A stretch of DNA of 64,000 nucleotides from Candidatus Harrisonbacteria bacterium (GTDB lineage: Bacteria; Patescibacteriota; Minisyncoccia; UBA6257; 02-FULL-45-10c), in assembly GCA_016214655.1 (NCBI GenBank), contig JACROC010000005.1:131078-195077 (forward strand), written 5' to 3'. Made by a program: the position numbers and the translations under genes. Positions 47,140-56,870 of the stretch are shown here, one piece after another. Within the stretch, counting starts at the first letter, position 1. Each line of letters begins with the position of its first letter. Under the pieces are notes generated by a model, which searched no databases, was not told the DNA's origin, and was given only the letters and a program-made list of their open reading frames with translations.

Positions 47140-47466
47140 TTGTTAGTTTAAAACAAAAAAGCCCCTCTTTAAAGGGGCTCTCGGGTATTTTAATAAACCG
47201 CATTAAAACCCTACCTATTTATCTGCCGGCACCGGCGTTCGTCCCGTCCAGCGCGGGACGCCGCCCATGTCTCGGCGCCAAAAACCTGGTTTTGCTAAAG
47301 CAAAAACTCCGCTTCGCGGAGTACGGTTCCTAGCTTTTGGCGCCTCCGAAATTGCCGTACAACAAACAGATAGGGTTTCTAAAGAATTTCTATTTCGGTT
47401 TAATAAAATAACCTCACTTAACTATATAAAAAGCCCTCACAAAGAAGGCTTTCAGACAATTACCGC
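47140..47466 (-). other. GC-rich hairpin-dense region ending in an intrinsic terminator (AGCCCCTTTAAAGAGGGGCTTTTTT on the minus strand). Candidate sRNA or structured 3'UTR.
   Basis: Stems GGCGCCAAAA...TTTTTGGCGCC enclosing CTCCGC-GAA-GCGGAG and TTTGCTTTAGCAAA, plus GTCCCG-cgctgga-CGGGAC. Class not recognised. Confidence 0.25.
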
Positions 47467-48210
47467 TTACCTAAGGACGCTTTCTAGATTTCTAAGCAAT
47501 CGCAGACCCTGACCAGCGCGAACGGGATTGGCATTTTTAAAATTATTTATTAGAGTTCCAAAAAGTTTGGAAATACGAACCCGTTCTCTCTTATCTACGC
47601 CACGCCAACGCTTACGAAAAGATTTTGATTGAGCTAAAATCTTTAAGGCATTAGTCCTTTTTGCTAGTCCCCACAATAACTCAAAAATTTTCTTATCAAT
47701 CTTATCAATAAATGCATGGTCAAGTTTCTCATCCAATGTTTCATCTCCTTCCACCTTTACACAATTAGGACAAACATAAATTGTTTGACCGACAGATTCC
47801 CCGAAATCCGGCATCACCAACCCTCCATAATGATAAGGATAATGACTTTGCCTCAACTCTGTTTCTACAAATTGAACGGGCGGTTGCGGGTTTAATTTTT
47901 CGCCAGAATAAGTGGGGTTTGCCACCTCCATCGGTCTAATTTCAAACAATCTGGCGTTTGACAATTTTTCAGCCAATTTTGCATCTAGCGGTGGCCAATG
48001 CGGTTCAATACATGCACGGGCATCCAGAGATTGACCACCGTGGCCGTAGTCTGGCCTATAAACGCGAAATTTTAACGGGTCGCCATTACAAATAAAACAC
48101 GGAATCTCGCGCCTATCACCAAAGCCTGTCGAATCTAGCGCCATATGATATATCCTCATATTCTTTAAATGTTCTGAACAGAGCTTAACAACGATTATAG
48201 ATTTTGTCAA
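47467..48210 (-). CDS. Hypothetical Cys-rich (CFIC...CPNC) protein.
   Basis: 247-aa ORF; no confident family assignment. Confidence 0.3.
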   Translation of the reverse strand: MTKSIIVVKLCSEHLKNMRIYHMALDSTGFGDRREIPCFICNGDPLKFRVYRPDYGHGGQSLDARACIEPHWPPLDAKLAEKLSNARLFEIRPMEVANPTYSGEKLNPQPPVQFVETELRQSHYPYHYGGLVMPDFGESVGQTIYVCPNCVKVEGDETLDEKLDHAFIDKIDKKIFELLWGLAKRTNALKILAQSKSFRKRWRGVDKRERVRISKLFGTLINNFKNANPVRAGQGLRLLRNLESVLR

Positions 48211-48395
48211 TAATCAAAAAACGAAAACCCCTCGGTTAAAGGGGTGTTAATCTCCAAAAATCAGCCAATAGAGAAAAGTAGATGCGACTGAGATCAAAAC
48301 CGCGACAGAACTAAAGACAATCAGTTCTTTCCACATTCAATCTTCCCCTTTCATGAACCAAATATATAATACAATATTTTAACTAAAAAAGCAAC

Positions 48396-49445
48396 TTAGA
48401 TCTTTATATCGCGAGGCCGTAAAGGATTGTTGACTACTTGGTAGTACTTATCAAATTGCTCAACTGCAATGCCGCAGCCGCGAACTACGGCGGTAAGCGG
48501 GTCGTCAATAATTCTCACCGGAACCATCAATTCTTTTTCTAATAATTTATCTAGTCCCCTCAACAGCGATCCGCCGCCGCACATATGAATTCCATTTTTC
48601 AAAATATCGCCGACCAATTCCGGCGGAGTTGCCTCAATAACTTCCCGGATAGATTCCAACATTATTCTTAACGAGCGGGCTAACGCAGTCCGAACGTGTG
48701 TTTCTTTTAGTAAAACTTCTTTAGGAAGACCAGTAGCCATATCCCGTCCCCGGATAGCCATTTCCAATTTCTGATCAACCGGCAAAGCACTGCCAATCGT
48801 AATTTTCACCTCTTCCGCAGTCGGCTCGCCAATAGCTAATTTAAATTCGTCACGGACAAACCTGATAATATCATCATTTAACTTGTCACCTGCTAACTTT
48901 AGGCTCTTAGAAGTAACAATGCCACCCATGGAAATAATGGCAATTTCCGTAGTGCCGCCGCCAATATCAATAACCGCGTTAGCAGTTGGAGCGTCGATCG
49001 GCAATCTGGCTCCAATCGCTGCCGCTAACGGTTCTTCTAATACATAGGCTTTATTCGCACCAGCGCCAATAACCGCGTCTTCCACAGATTTTCTTTCTAC
49101 TTCGGTTAAATTGCTAGGCGCGCCAATCACAGCGCGATGATAATGAAAAAGACTATTAGTAGCTCCAATTTTCCTAAAAAAATACTTCAACATTTCCTGA
49201 GTCATTTCAAAATCAGAAATAACCCCGTTAATCAGCGGGCGGATAACAGTAATATGCGCCGGGGTCCGTCCAACCATTTTTTTTGCTTCATCGCCAATTG
49301 CCAGCACTTGGCCGGTCTTATTGTTTACTGCGGCAACTGACGGCTCGCTGATGACAATTCCGCGACCGGCTACATAAACCAGCGAATTGGCGGTTCCCAA
49401 ATCAACTCCGATACTTTTTGAAAAATAATTGGATAAATTTGCCAT
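48396..49445 (-). CDS. mreB: Rod-shape-determining actin homolog MreB.
   Basis: DLGTANSLVYV phosphate-1, and DIGGGTTEIA phosphate-2 / adenosine motifs. Confidence 0.9.
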   Translation of the reverse strand: MANLSNYFSKSIGVDLGTANSLVYVAGRGIVISEPSVAAVNNKTGQVLAIGDEAKKMVGRTPAHITVIRPLINGVISDFEMTQEMLKYFFRKIGATNSLFHYHRAVIGAPSNLTEVERKSVEDAVIGAGANKAYVLEEPLAAAIGARLPIDAPTANAVIDIGGGTTEIAIISMGGIVTSKSLKLAGDKLNDDIIRFVRDEFKLAIGEPTAEEVKITIGSALPVDQKLEMAIRGRDMATGLPKEVLLKETHVRTALARSLRIMLESIREVIEATPPELVGDILKNGIHMCGGGSLLRGLDKLLEKELMVPVRIIDDPLTAVVRGCGIAVEQFDKYYQVVNNPLRPRDIKI

Positions 49446-49449
49446 GAAA

Positions 49450-49659
49450 TTATTCTCCGCTTTCTTCTTCAGATCCCTTAAATCCGGCTGCTGGCTGACG
49501 CCCTTCTATTGGCAAACCGGTTCCAAAATGTTTCCGTCCCCGGAGACGCGGGTTATTTTTCTGCAGCTTCTTCTCCGCAAGCGTCCTTATCTCCTCTAAA
49601 GTTTTTTCGTAGTCCAATTTTTTTGGATTTTTTTCTTTTTTAAATTTAGGATTTTCCAT
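49450..49659 (-). CDS. Small basic hypothetical protein.
   Basis: 69-aa Lys-rich ORF. Confidence 0.25.
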   Translation of the reverse strand: MENPKFKKEKNPKKLDYEKTLEEIRTLAEKKLQKNNPRLRGRKHFGTGLPIEGRQPAAGFKGSEEESGE

Positions 49660-49660
49660 T

Positions 49661-50914
49661 TTATGCCGCTAGTTTAAAAAACTCCTTAATACTCACCAAT
49701 TTAGCAGTTTTTTCCGATCGCCTTTTTACTTCAACCCTTTTTTCCGCCATAGTCTTCTCGCTAACTACTATCCTCCACGGCGCGCCTAAAAGATCGGCGT
49801 CATTAAGTTTCTCTCCCGCCGATGCATTTCTTTCGTCATATAATACCTCCAGTTCCCCGAAATGTCTAACCAAGTTTTCATAAGTCTTATCGGCTTCTTT
49901 TTGTGCCTTGGCTGAATCTCCAAGAACGATTAAATGAACCTTGAAAGAAGCAACTGAATCCGGCCAAATAATGCCTTTTTCATCATTGTATTCTTCAACT
50001 AATGTTCCCATTAATCTGGTCGGGCCAATGCCGTAAGAACCCATAACTACCATTTTTTTCTCCCCATTCTGATCAAGATAATTCAAGTTAAAGTCTTTGG
50101 AAAATTTCGTGCCTAAACGAAAAACATTGGCGACTTCAATCCCCCGATCTGATTTAACAACGCCCCCGCACTTCGGACATTTTCCGCCTTCCGCAACTTG
50201 CGTAATTTCTTTATTTTGAGCCCAGTCACATTTCTCGCAATGCATAACCGTATCCTCGCCGGCAGAATTTAAAACTTGAAATTCGTGAGTAAACTCTTTA
50301 GTAAATGCGCCGCCGCTGGCTTCGGTAACCAATGCCTTAAGGCATAACCGGTCCATTATTTTTTTATAAGCGTCAATTACCTTCCGGTAAAAATCGTTTA
50401 AATCTTTTTCATCCAGATGAAAACTATATAAATCTTTCATCAGAAACTCTCTGCCGCGCAAAAGTCCCGCCTGAGCTCTTGGTTCTGCCCGGAATTTTGT
50501 CTGAATCTGATAAACTGCCTTTGGCAAGTCCTTATAAGAATTAATAAAATGTTTTGCAATGGCGGAAATTACTTCTTCATGAGTCCATCCGAGTCCATAC
50601 TGCAAATCCTTCTCTGACTTTATCGTCTCACCGGTTTTATAAATTACATCAACGCCCCACCTTACAGACTGCTCCCAATATTTTTTCTGAACAAGCGATG
50701 GCATCAATAATTCCTCTCCGCCGATAGCATTCATTTCTTCCCGGATAATCTGATTAATCTTATTTAAAACCTTCAGCCCCAATGGCAGCATTGAATATAC
50801 GCCGGCAGAAGATTTATTAACAAAACCGCCCTTAGTTAAAAGCTGGGCATTTTTAGACTCCTCCCCCTCCGGGAGATTTTTAGTAGTCCGGCTGAATAAC
50901 TTGGATTGTAACAT
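49661..50914 (-). CDS. proS: Prolyl-tRNA synthetase (class II), compact form without the large INS editing domain.
   Basis: The N-terminus parallels bacterial ProRS (SKLF..T.K..P...LL.K.GFV...GVYSMLPLG.KV). It also has class II motifs and a C-terminal anticodon-binding region with a Zn-binding CxxC...CxxC. Confidence 0.75.
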   Translation of the reverse strand: MLQSKLFSRTTKNLPEGEESKNAQLLTKGGFVNKSSAGVYSMLPLGLKVLNKINQIIREEMNAIGGEELLMPSLVQKKYWEQSVRWGVDVIYKTGETIKSEKDLQYGLGWTHEEVISAIAKHFINSYKDLPKAVYQIQTKFRAEPRAQAGLLRGREFLMKDLYSFHLDEKDLNDFYRKVIDAYKKIMDRLCLKALVTEASGGAFTKEFTHEFQVLNSAGEDTVMHCEKCDWAQNKEITQVAEGGKCPKCGGVVKSDRGIEVANVFRLGTKFSKDFNLNYLDQNGEKKMVVMGSYGIGPTRLMGTLVEEYNDEKGIIWPDSVASFKVHLIVLGDSAKAQKEADKTYENLVRHFGELEVLYDERNASAGEKLNDADLLGAPWRIVVSEKTMAEKRVEVKRRSEKTAKLVSIKEFFKLAA

Positions 50915-51948
50915 TACAGTAATGTTAATATATCTTTCACGGTTATCGCAAGAATAAGCAAAAGCAAAAATGCAAAGCCGGCGGCATTTACAATCATTTC
51001 TGTCCTTTGATTAATCGCCTTGCCTTTAATTTTTTCTATCAGCAAAAAAAACAATCTTCCGCCATCTAAGGCTGGTATCGGAATCACATTAAAAACGGCG
51101 AGATTCAAAGAAATCAAAGCTAGCAGCTGCAAAAAATGCGCCACTCCCAGTCTGGTACTCTGGATAGCGACATTCACTATACCAACCGGGCCTATAAAAC
51201 GCTCTAAAATACTGATGTCTGTAAAAATGCCGACAACCAGATCGATAATACCAACAAAAATGGCTCCCGTCATTTTAAGCGAAGTTTTCAAGCCGTCCCA
51301 AAAACTCCGGAAAAATCCGGTCTTCGGCAAACCGGATTCCACAATAAAGATCCCCAAATTACCCTCGCCTTCTGGGACATCAGCGCGAGGAATTACATTA
51401 ATGGTTAACTTTTCCTTACCTCGTTCGACATTCAAAATCATTTCTCCGCCCTTATTCTGTTCGACTGCCCCTAATAACTCCGGGATAAGCTTGAAATCAA
51501 CCAATCTATCGCCTTTTTGAATCCCAGCCAGCGCCGCAATACTGCCCTCCTTGATATCAGTAACCAAAACTGCCTGCGGAATACCAACCATAAAAACAAT
51601 GGTTATCAAAAGCCATCCCAGCAAAAAGTTCATCAAGACGCCGGCGACAATGATCAATGCTCGCTTAAAAATACTTTGATGGCTGAAGCTTCTCTGGACA
51701 TCCGCATAAGAAGTTTCATCCGCATGCCGCTCGCCGTAAATTTTTACGAAACCGCCAAACGGCAGCCAATTAAAACTGTAAATCGTCTCGCCGATTTTCT
51801 TGCCCCAAAAACGGGGCGGCAATCCAAAACCGAATTCTTCCACCAAAAGCCCGAACCACTTGGAGGCAAAAAAATGTCCGGCTTCATGAATAACTACTAA
51901 TACAGAAAGGCCGACAACTATTAAAATAACGGAAAGCACTTCAAACAT
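50914..51948 (-). CDS. rseP: RIP metalloprotease RseP (site-2 protease, M50) with a PDZ domain.
   Basis: HEAGHF (HExxH) in TM1, a PDZ segment and a C-terminal LDGG motif. Confidence 0.85.
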   Translation of the reverse strand: MFEVLSVILIVVGLSVLVVIHEAGHFFASKWFGLLVEEFGFGLPPRFWGKKIGETIYSFNWLPFGGFVKIYGERHADETSYADVQRSFSHQSIFKRALIIVAGVLMNFLLGWLLITIVFMVGIPQAVLVTDIKEGSIAALAGIQKGDRLVDFKLIPELLGAVEQNKGGEMILNVERGKEKLTINVIPRADVPEGEGNLGIFIVESGLPKTGFFRSFWDGLKTSLKMTGAIFVGIIDLVVGIFTDISILERFIGPVGIVNVAIQSTRLGVAHFLQLLALISLNLAVFNVIPIPALDGGRLFFLLIEKIKGKAINQRTEMIVNAAGFAFLLLLILAITVKDILTLL

Positions 51949-52029
51949 TGCTTCTAATTATAACCTTGCCGCATTGATCTGGCTACATCAAAAACAAAAT
52001 CCTCCTGGCACACAGGAGGAATAATCCTA

Positions 52030-53247
52030 TTAAGACAAGAGGAAGAGATATGTCTTAAAAACTTCGGGGCTACTCTTCACGTACATACAAAACCAATAAG
52101 TCAGTCCGGACATCACCAATCCCAACATCGCATAACCCCTCATACTTTCTACTGGTATCTCGGAAAGCTTCGTTAAAATGTAGAGAACAAAGAAAGTCCC
52201 TCCGATCTTCTGCAACTCGCCAATTCCATAAACTGAACCGAAGAACAGCGCCGCTACGCCCGCAGCAATAGTTATCATCTGAAACAGGATGTAATTGTAC
52301 CTCCGGTGGTCATACCACCGGGTAGAAGCAATCAAAAGACCCAGATAACCAACAAAACTGCCTAGAAAAAGAGAACCTCTTTCAAATATCTGAAACAATT
52401 GCGGATCTGCACCCGTCACTTTCACTGCCACGAAAAAAGTCAAAATAGCAAAAGCCACGGTTGTTGCCCGCCCCATAGCATCCTTATCATCAAATCCCAT
52501 TATTACTACAAACGGAAGAACAATCACCGCAAAACCAAGTAAGCCCATTAAGGCGCCGACAGAGATGAAACCGATAATCGCACTTTTATAAAGAAGTGCT
52601 ACGGCTGTCCATACCGCGAACAATATAGAAAAAACACCGGTAGGACTTCCTTTCCATTTACGGACACTGCGGGTAAAGAGCACTGCTCCGCCAAAACCAA
52701 GGCAACCAGTCAGTCCAACATATTGACCCACATCCGCTCCTAAGCTAGTGCCGTACCAAACCAGACCCAAACTCAACGCATAGAAAACTGATTCGTAAAG
52801 AATGGCAGGAATCTCCATTAACAACATCATTAAATCTTTAACAATCAATCCGAATAAATAAGAAAAACAAGCTACTCCGATGACAATTGCCAAGACCCAA
52901 AGGATATTTACAAAAGTGATCAGGCCAGCAAATCTCTGCAGCGGAGTAAGTTTTTGAACCGGCGCTAAAGTCGCATCTTCTAAAGAAAGTAAGTCTTCCA
53001 AAGATACCCGCTTCTTAACGAGTTTGGATGCTTGATCTAAATATTTCGCCGTGGCCAGAACTGACTCTTTCTGCGTGATTACTCCCGCGTCCGAAATTTC
53101 CTTAAGCACCAAAACAGACTGCTTCAGCGGAAGAAGCTGGCTGACTTCATATTCGCTAAATTGTGTTTTTTCCTGACCGGCAAAGCTATTACCGGTTATC
53201 AACAATAAAGCAATAAGCCACCCGCTCACTATCTGGATCGCCTTCAT
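52030..53247 (-). CDS. Signal-peptide-bearing polytopic membrane protein (hypothetical).
   Basis: 405 aa with an N-terminal soluble segment and then about 9 TM helices. Confidence 0.35.
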   Translation of the reverse strand: MKAIQIVSGWLIALLLITGNSFAGQEKTQFSEYEVSQLLPLKQSVLVLKEISDAGVITQKESVLATAKYLDQASKLVKKRVSLEDLLSLEDATLAPVQKLTPLQRFAGLITFVNILWVLAIVIGVACFSYLFGLIVKDLMMLLMEIPAILYESVFYALSLGLVWYGTSLGADVGQYVGLTGCLGFGGAVLFTRSVRKWKGSPTGVFSILFAVWTAVALLYKSAIIGFISVGALMGLLGFAVIVLPFVVIMGFDDKDAMGRATTVAFAILTFFVAVKVTGADPQLFQIFERGSLFLGSFVGYLGLLIASTRWYDHRRYNYILFQMITIAAGVAALFFGSVYGIGELQKIGGTFFVLYILTKLSEIPVESMRGYAMLGLVMSGLTYWFCMYVKSSPEVFKTYLFLLS

Positions 53248-53388
53248 CGACTACCTCCTCTCAGTTTTCAACCGAGCTATCAACTCTGTTCTGGCTAGAT
53301 ATTATCATATAATTCTTCAGTTGTCAAAAATAAAAAACTGTGGTAATATACAAAACATTCACTTTAACAACCCGCGGAAAGGAGAAAT

Positions 53389-53712
53389 ATGATCCCAATC
53401 GAACCAAAATGGCTTTCTGCCCTGCCAGTTGTTGGTAACGATGTCAAAGTCCTTTTAAAAACCGGCGGCTATCTCCGCTCACCCCAAGCTCGAATCCGTC
53501 ATGACACCGTAAAACTTCATGTCGAGACTATTTCGACACCCCATACAACCAATAAATATCCCTATATTAGGCACACCGCCGAACTGCCAATTTCACTTTT
53601 ATTACTAATTCGGTTCACGGATCAAAATAACGAAATACAAACTCTAAGAAGTCCTTGTGTTGATTCAATTATCGATCTCGAATCACAAAATTTACAACTT
53701 ATAACATTATAA
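53389..53712 (+). CDS. Orphan hypothetical protein with a strong promoter and RBS.
   Basis: TTGTCA-N17-TAATAT upstream; RBS GGAAAGGAGAAAT. Confidence 0.4.
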   Translation: MIPIEPKWLSALPVVGNDVKVLLKTGGYLRSPQARIRHDTVKLHVETISTPHTTNKYPYIRHTAELPISLLLLIRFTDQNNEIQTLRSPCVDSIIDLESQNLQLITL

Positions 53713-54247
53713 TTTCTTTAATCTTATTTAGTAAAAGTATTTCGATTTCACTATTTATCTCATCTACTAATTTTTGAACCTCTTCTTTTTGCTTAAAAGC
53801 CGCGTCCTCGGATAAATTTTTACCCTCCTCCATCTTTTTTATTTCTTTATTAGCCTCGTCCCGCGCGCCCCTTATCCTGATTCTAATTTCTTCCGTCATT
53901 TTGCGGACTACTTTTTCAAACTCCTTCTTACGCTCATCGGTTAAAGATGGGAGGTTAATTCTTATCAGATTGCCGTCAGTATTTGCCGGGACATTAAGAG
54001 ATGAGGTTTCAATGGCTTTTGCAACCGCAGCCACGACCGACTTATCCCAGACGCTTATCTGAATTTCCCGCGGCGGCACCACTGAAATAGAACCAAGCGC
54101 TTTCACCGGCATCTGCTGGCCATATACTTCAACTTTAATATCCTCCACCATCCGCGGAGACGGCCTCCCGCTCCGGATAGTCTGGAATTCGGTTCTAAGA
54201 GACTCCACTGCAGATTTTAATTTTTGTTCTAATGGTTTTAAGTCCAT
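53699..54247 (-). CDS. frr: Ribosome recycling factor.
   Basis: Typical RRF length (182 aa) and sequence (LRTEFQTIRSGRPSP...VEVYG...). Confidence 0.9.
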   Translation of the reverse strand: MDLKPLEQKLKSAVESLRTEFQTIRSGRPSPRMVEDIKVEVYGQQMPVKALGSISVVPPREIQISVWDKSVVAAVAKAIETSSLNVPANTDGNLIRINLPSLTDERKKEFEKVVRKMTEEIRIRIRGARDEANKEIKKMEEGKNLSEDAAFKQKEEVQKLVDEINSEIEILLLNKIKEIIML

Positions 54248-54410
54248 TTTCTTATTTTAATTGATAAAAATTTTATTGTCATCAATACTTATCGCTTTAC
54301 CTGTTTATCTATCAACCACAAACTTTATTCAAATTCTGCCCAATAAACCAGCTAACCCTACTATCCTATCAGATAGCGATTCAAATATAATATAATTTTA
54401 AATTTTCTTT

Positions 54411-54869
54411 TTATAAAACTCGTCTTTTATTTAAAAATTTCCACCGCGGCCCATTTTTCTGTGGCATATTGTCAAACATAAATGCAATGTGATTAAACCA
54501 ATCATCCAAGAAAGAGCTAGCTTCAATTTTAAAATGGCCGGACTTTGGTTTTCTTATATTTTCTTTTTTACTGCGATGATAGCTTTTATATTTACCGTTA
54601 CCAAGTATAGATTTTTTAATGGCGCTAATGGTAAGAGGAGAAACCCACAATTTTCTGCTAATTTCTTTATAACTGACGTCTTTTCTTATAAGTGAGATAG
54701 TAGCCATGCGCCTTGCCATGGTTTCCCTTTCTTGATCCGTTGTAAATAAATTAAATAATCGTTCAATTTCTTTTGACGATTTCGCCTTAAAAAACTCCTC
54801 TATCAGCTTTTGCCAAATCAAATTTTCTATATCTTTAGCCGTTCTAATTATTCTTCTATCCACCTTCAT
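54411..54869 (-). CDS. TrpR/YerC-YecD-like helix-turn-helix protein with a basic C-terminal extension.
   Basis: LFTTDQERETMARRMATISLIRKDVSYKEISRKLWVSPLTISAIKKS parallels YerC/TrpR (LLTPDEREAL..R..IV.ELL.G..SQREI...LGVSIATITRGS). Confidence 0.5.
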   Translation of the reverse strand: MKVDRRIIRTAKDIENLIWQKLIEEFFKAKSSKEIERLFNLFTTDQERETMARRMATISLIRKDVSYKEISRKLWVSPLTISAIKKSILGNGKYKSYHRSKKENIRKPKSGHFKIEASSFLDDWFNHIAFMFDNMPQKNGPRWKFLNKRRVL

Positions 54870-55099
54870 AATATTTTTACTACCCCACTATCTTATAAGA
54901 TAGTATTTATAAAATACAAATAAAATTTATAGTAAAAGTAATTTTTACTCTCGGAGTTGAATCTTATTTGGGATATTTAATCCTCCAGTTTTGCGCACCA
55001 ACTCTTATTTTTTAATCTGAAATCATGACACAAAAGCCGTAGCCGTTGCGTGATGCATAACTTCCTAATCAAGATATCAAATTAATGTAAAATAGAAAA

Positions 55100-55127
55100 C
55101 CCCTGCATACGCAAGCGTATGCAGGGG
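55100..55127 (-). terminator. Rho-independent terminator (CCCCTGCATACGC...GCGTATGCAGGGG, then a U-run on the minus strand).
   Basis: 12-13 bp GC-rich stem followed by TTTTCTATTTT in the minus sense. Confidence 0.55.
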
Positions 55128-55157
55128 TCTGTCCTAGGAACCAAAGTCCCAAGGTTC

Positions 55158-55759
55158 CTAAGAGTTGCGGGAGAAGACCTGGAAGCCGTCGTACCACACG
55201 TACGGATTCTCAACCGAGATGGCATCGACGCTCCAGCCAGCGCTGCGCCAGCGGACGCTCACCGCCCAGAGAACTCCTTTGGCATCGCGGACATAGAAGA
55301 TGTTCGCGTAGCCATTGGTAAGGAGTTTTCCGGACTCGCCTTTGGGCTGCTTTTTGAGAAGCTCCCAGATGCTGGCTAGGGTGGTCTCCGCCTTATCTCC
55401 CAGTTCTGCCAGGATCGGCGCCTCCGGAGAGGCCTTCTTGAGCTTACTGATGCGGAGCTCGGTTTCGGCTTGCGGCTCCTCCACTTTAGCGAGGAAGTGC
55501 TGCCGGAAGTTGTCTCCGAGGTAGGCGATCTTTACCTTTTTGTTGGTCGTAGTGAGGTGGTCGCTGGCGACGAACCTGCCAGCAGACATAAGCCTAAACG
55601 CGCTAACGAATTCCAAGAACAGCGAGTCCCAAGTCTTCTCCTTGCGGAGAAACTTCTTGAACTCTCTCAGCCACTGCGCGCCTTCTTCGCTCACCAGCTT
55701 CGTTAAGAAGTCTGTGAACGGTCAACTACGTCTTGGAGCGTCAACCGAGTGTCTTCCAT
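55158..55759 (-). pseudogene. Hypothetical gene with a disrupted N-terminus. An ATG at 55759 with RBS AAGGAG opens an 18-codon frame that stops, and the main 178-aa ORF (55158-55694) is in another frame. It shares a promoter/leader module with the DGR target gene.
   Basis: Shared blocks: TTGACAAAATAGC, and GATTGATGTACCTT(A/G)AAACTGAA before the RBS. An inverted repeat TAGGAACC...GGTTCCTA abuts the stop. Confidence 0.35.
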
Positions 55760-56024
55760 GACAGTCAGTCTCCTTGCTTCAGTTTTAAGGTACATCAATC
55801 AAGCCTAAGCCTGATCAAAATAATAATAGCACGTTTTTAGCTATTTTGTCAAATCTGAAACTAGCCCTAAACCCTACAAACGTACGGCAAAAAATAGAGT
55901 AAGATACCCAAGAAAATTACCATTACTATGAGAAAAAAAGCCTTATCCATTGCGGAGGACGCAGTACGTAGAACGTAGCCCGTAGAATAAATAAACCTAT
56001 GAACTACTGCCTATGACCCGCGGA

Positions 56025-56870
56025 CTAAATAGCTTCCAACTGAAGCCGTTTATTTACATTATAACTCTTTATCAAAAATAATCTATGCAGAACCGACTTT
56101 AACGCATCTAAATTTTTAACCGGATCCTGGCGCAGTTTTAAGATTAACGATTCAAAAAATTTATCCAATAATTCCGGCTTTTCTTTCTGTTCTTCCACCA
56201 GTTCCTTAATAAGATCAGATTTTGCTTTACCGTTCATTCTTAAAAAATTATTTACATAACCTTCGGCTTGTTTCATAAGATCATCGCTTAATAAGCGCAC
56301 TGCTCTCCCTGGCCTCCCCAGAGATAATTTCACAATTTTTTGGTCATCCGATGACCCAAAATTATCACTCTCAATATTAAGGTCATCCGATGACCTTATA
56401 TTTAGACATTTATATATCTCTTCATCGCTAAGGCGCCCAAAATAGATCTTCTGCATACGAGACAATAATGGCAGTAATAAATTATCCAATTGATTTACTA
56501 TTAAAATAATCAGAGAATGCTCCGGCGGCTCTTCGGTAATTTTCAAAATAGCATTCTGCGCCTGCGGAGTCAGATTTTCCGCGTCATTGATTACCACTAA
56601 ACGCTTTGAAGAAATATTTGGTTTCTGCCATAAAAAATTTTTAATCTCCCGCATGGCATCTATCCCACTTGAATCCGCCAAAATTAAAGCGTCGCTTAAC
56701 GGTCTAGCCGACAAATTTAATTCCCCGCTTTCCAATAAATTAGCCAAATGTTTTGCAAAATAGAACTTCCCCACCTCCGGCTCGCCAAAAAAAATATAGC
56801 CATGAGCTAACTTTCCGGATTTAACCAGCGTCTTAAAATCTTTAACTAAGTGTTCGTGGCCAACAAACAT
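56025..56870 (-). CDS. holB: DNA polymerase III delta-prime subunit-like AAA+ protein.
   Basis: HGYIFFGEPEVGKFYFAKHLANLL (degenerate Walker A, typical of delta-prime) and overall clamp-loader layout. Confidence 0.55.
   Translation of the reverse strand: MFVGHEHLVKDFKTLVKSGKLAHGYIFFGEPEVGKFYFAKHLANLLESGELNLSARPLSDALILADSSGIDAMREIKNFLWQKPNISSKRLVVINDAENLTPQAQNAILKITEEPPEHSLIILIVNQLDNLLLPLLSRMQKIYFGRLSDEEIYKCLNIRSSDDLNIESDNFGSSDDQKIVKLSLGRPGRAVRLLSDDLMKQAEGYVNNFLRMNGKAKSDLIKELVEEQKEKPELLDKFFESLILKLRQDPVKNLDALKSVLHRLFLIKSYNVNKRLQLEAI

Noticed and set aside
55950-55975. Short imperfect tandem CGTAGAA / CGTAGCC / CGTAGAA, and a 16-codon ORF in the 55860-56024 spacer.
   Set aside because: Too short and degenerate to call a repeat element or gene. 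Probably chance.
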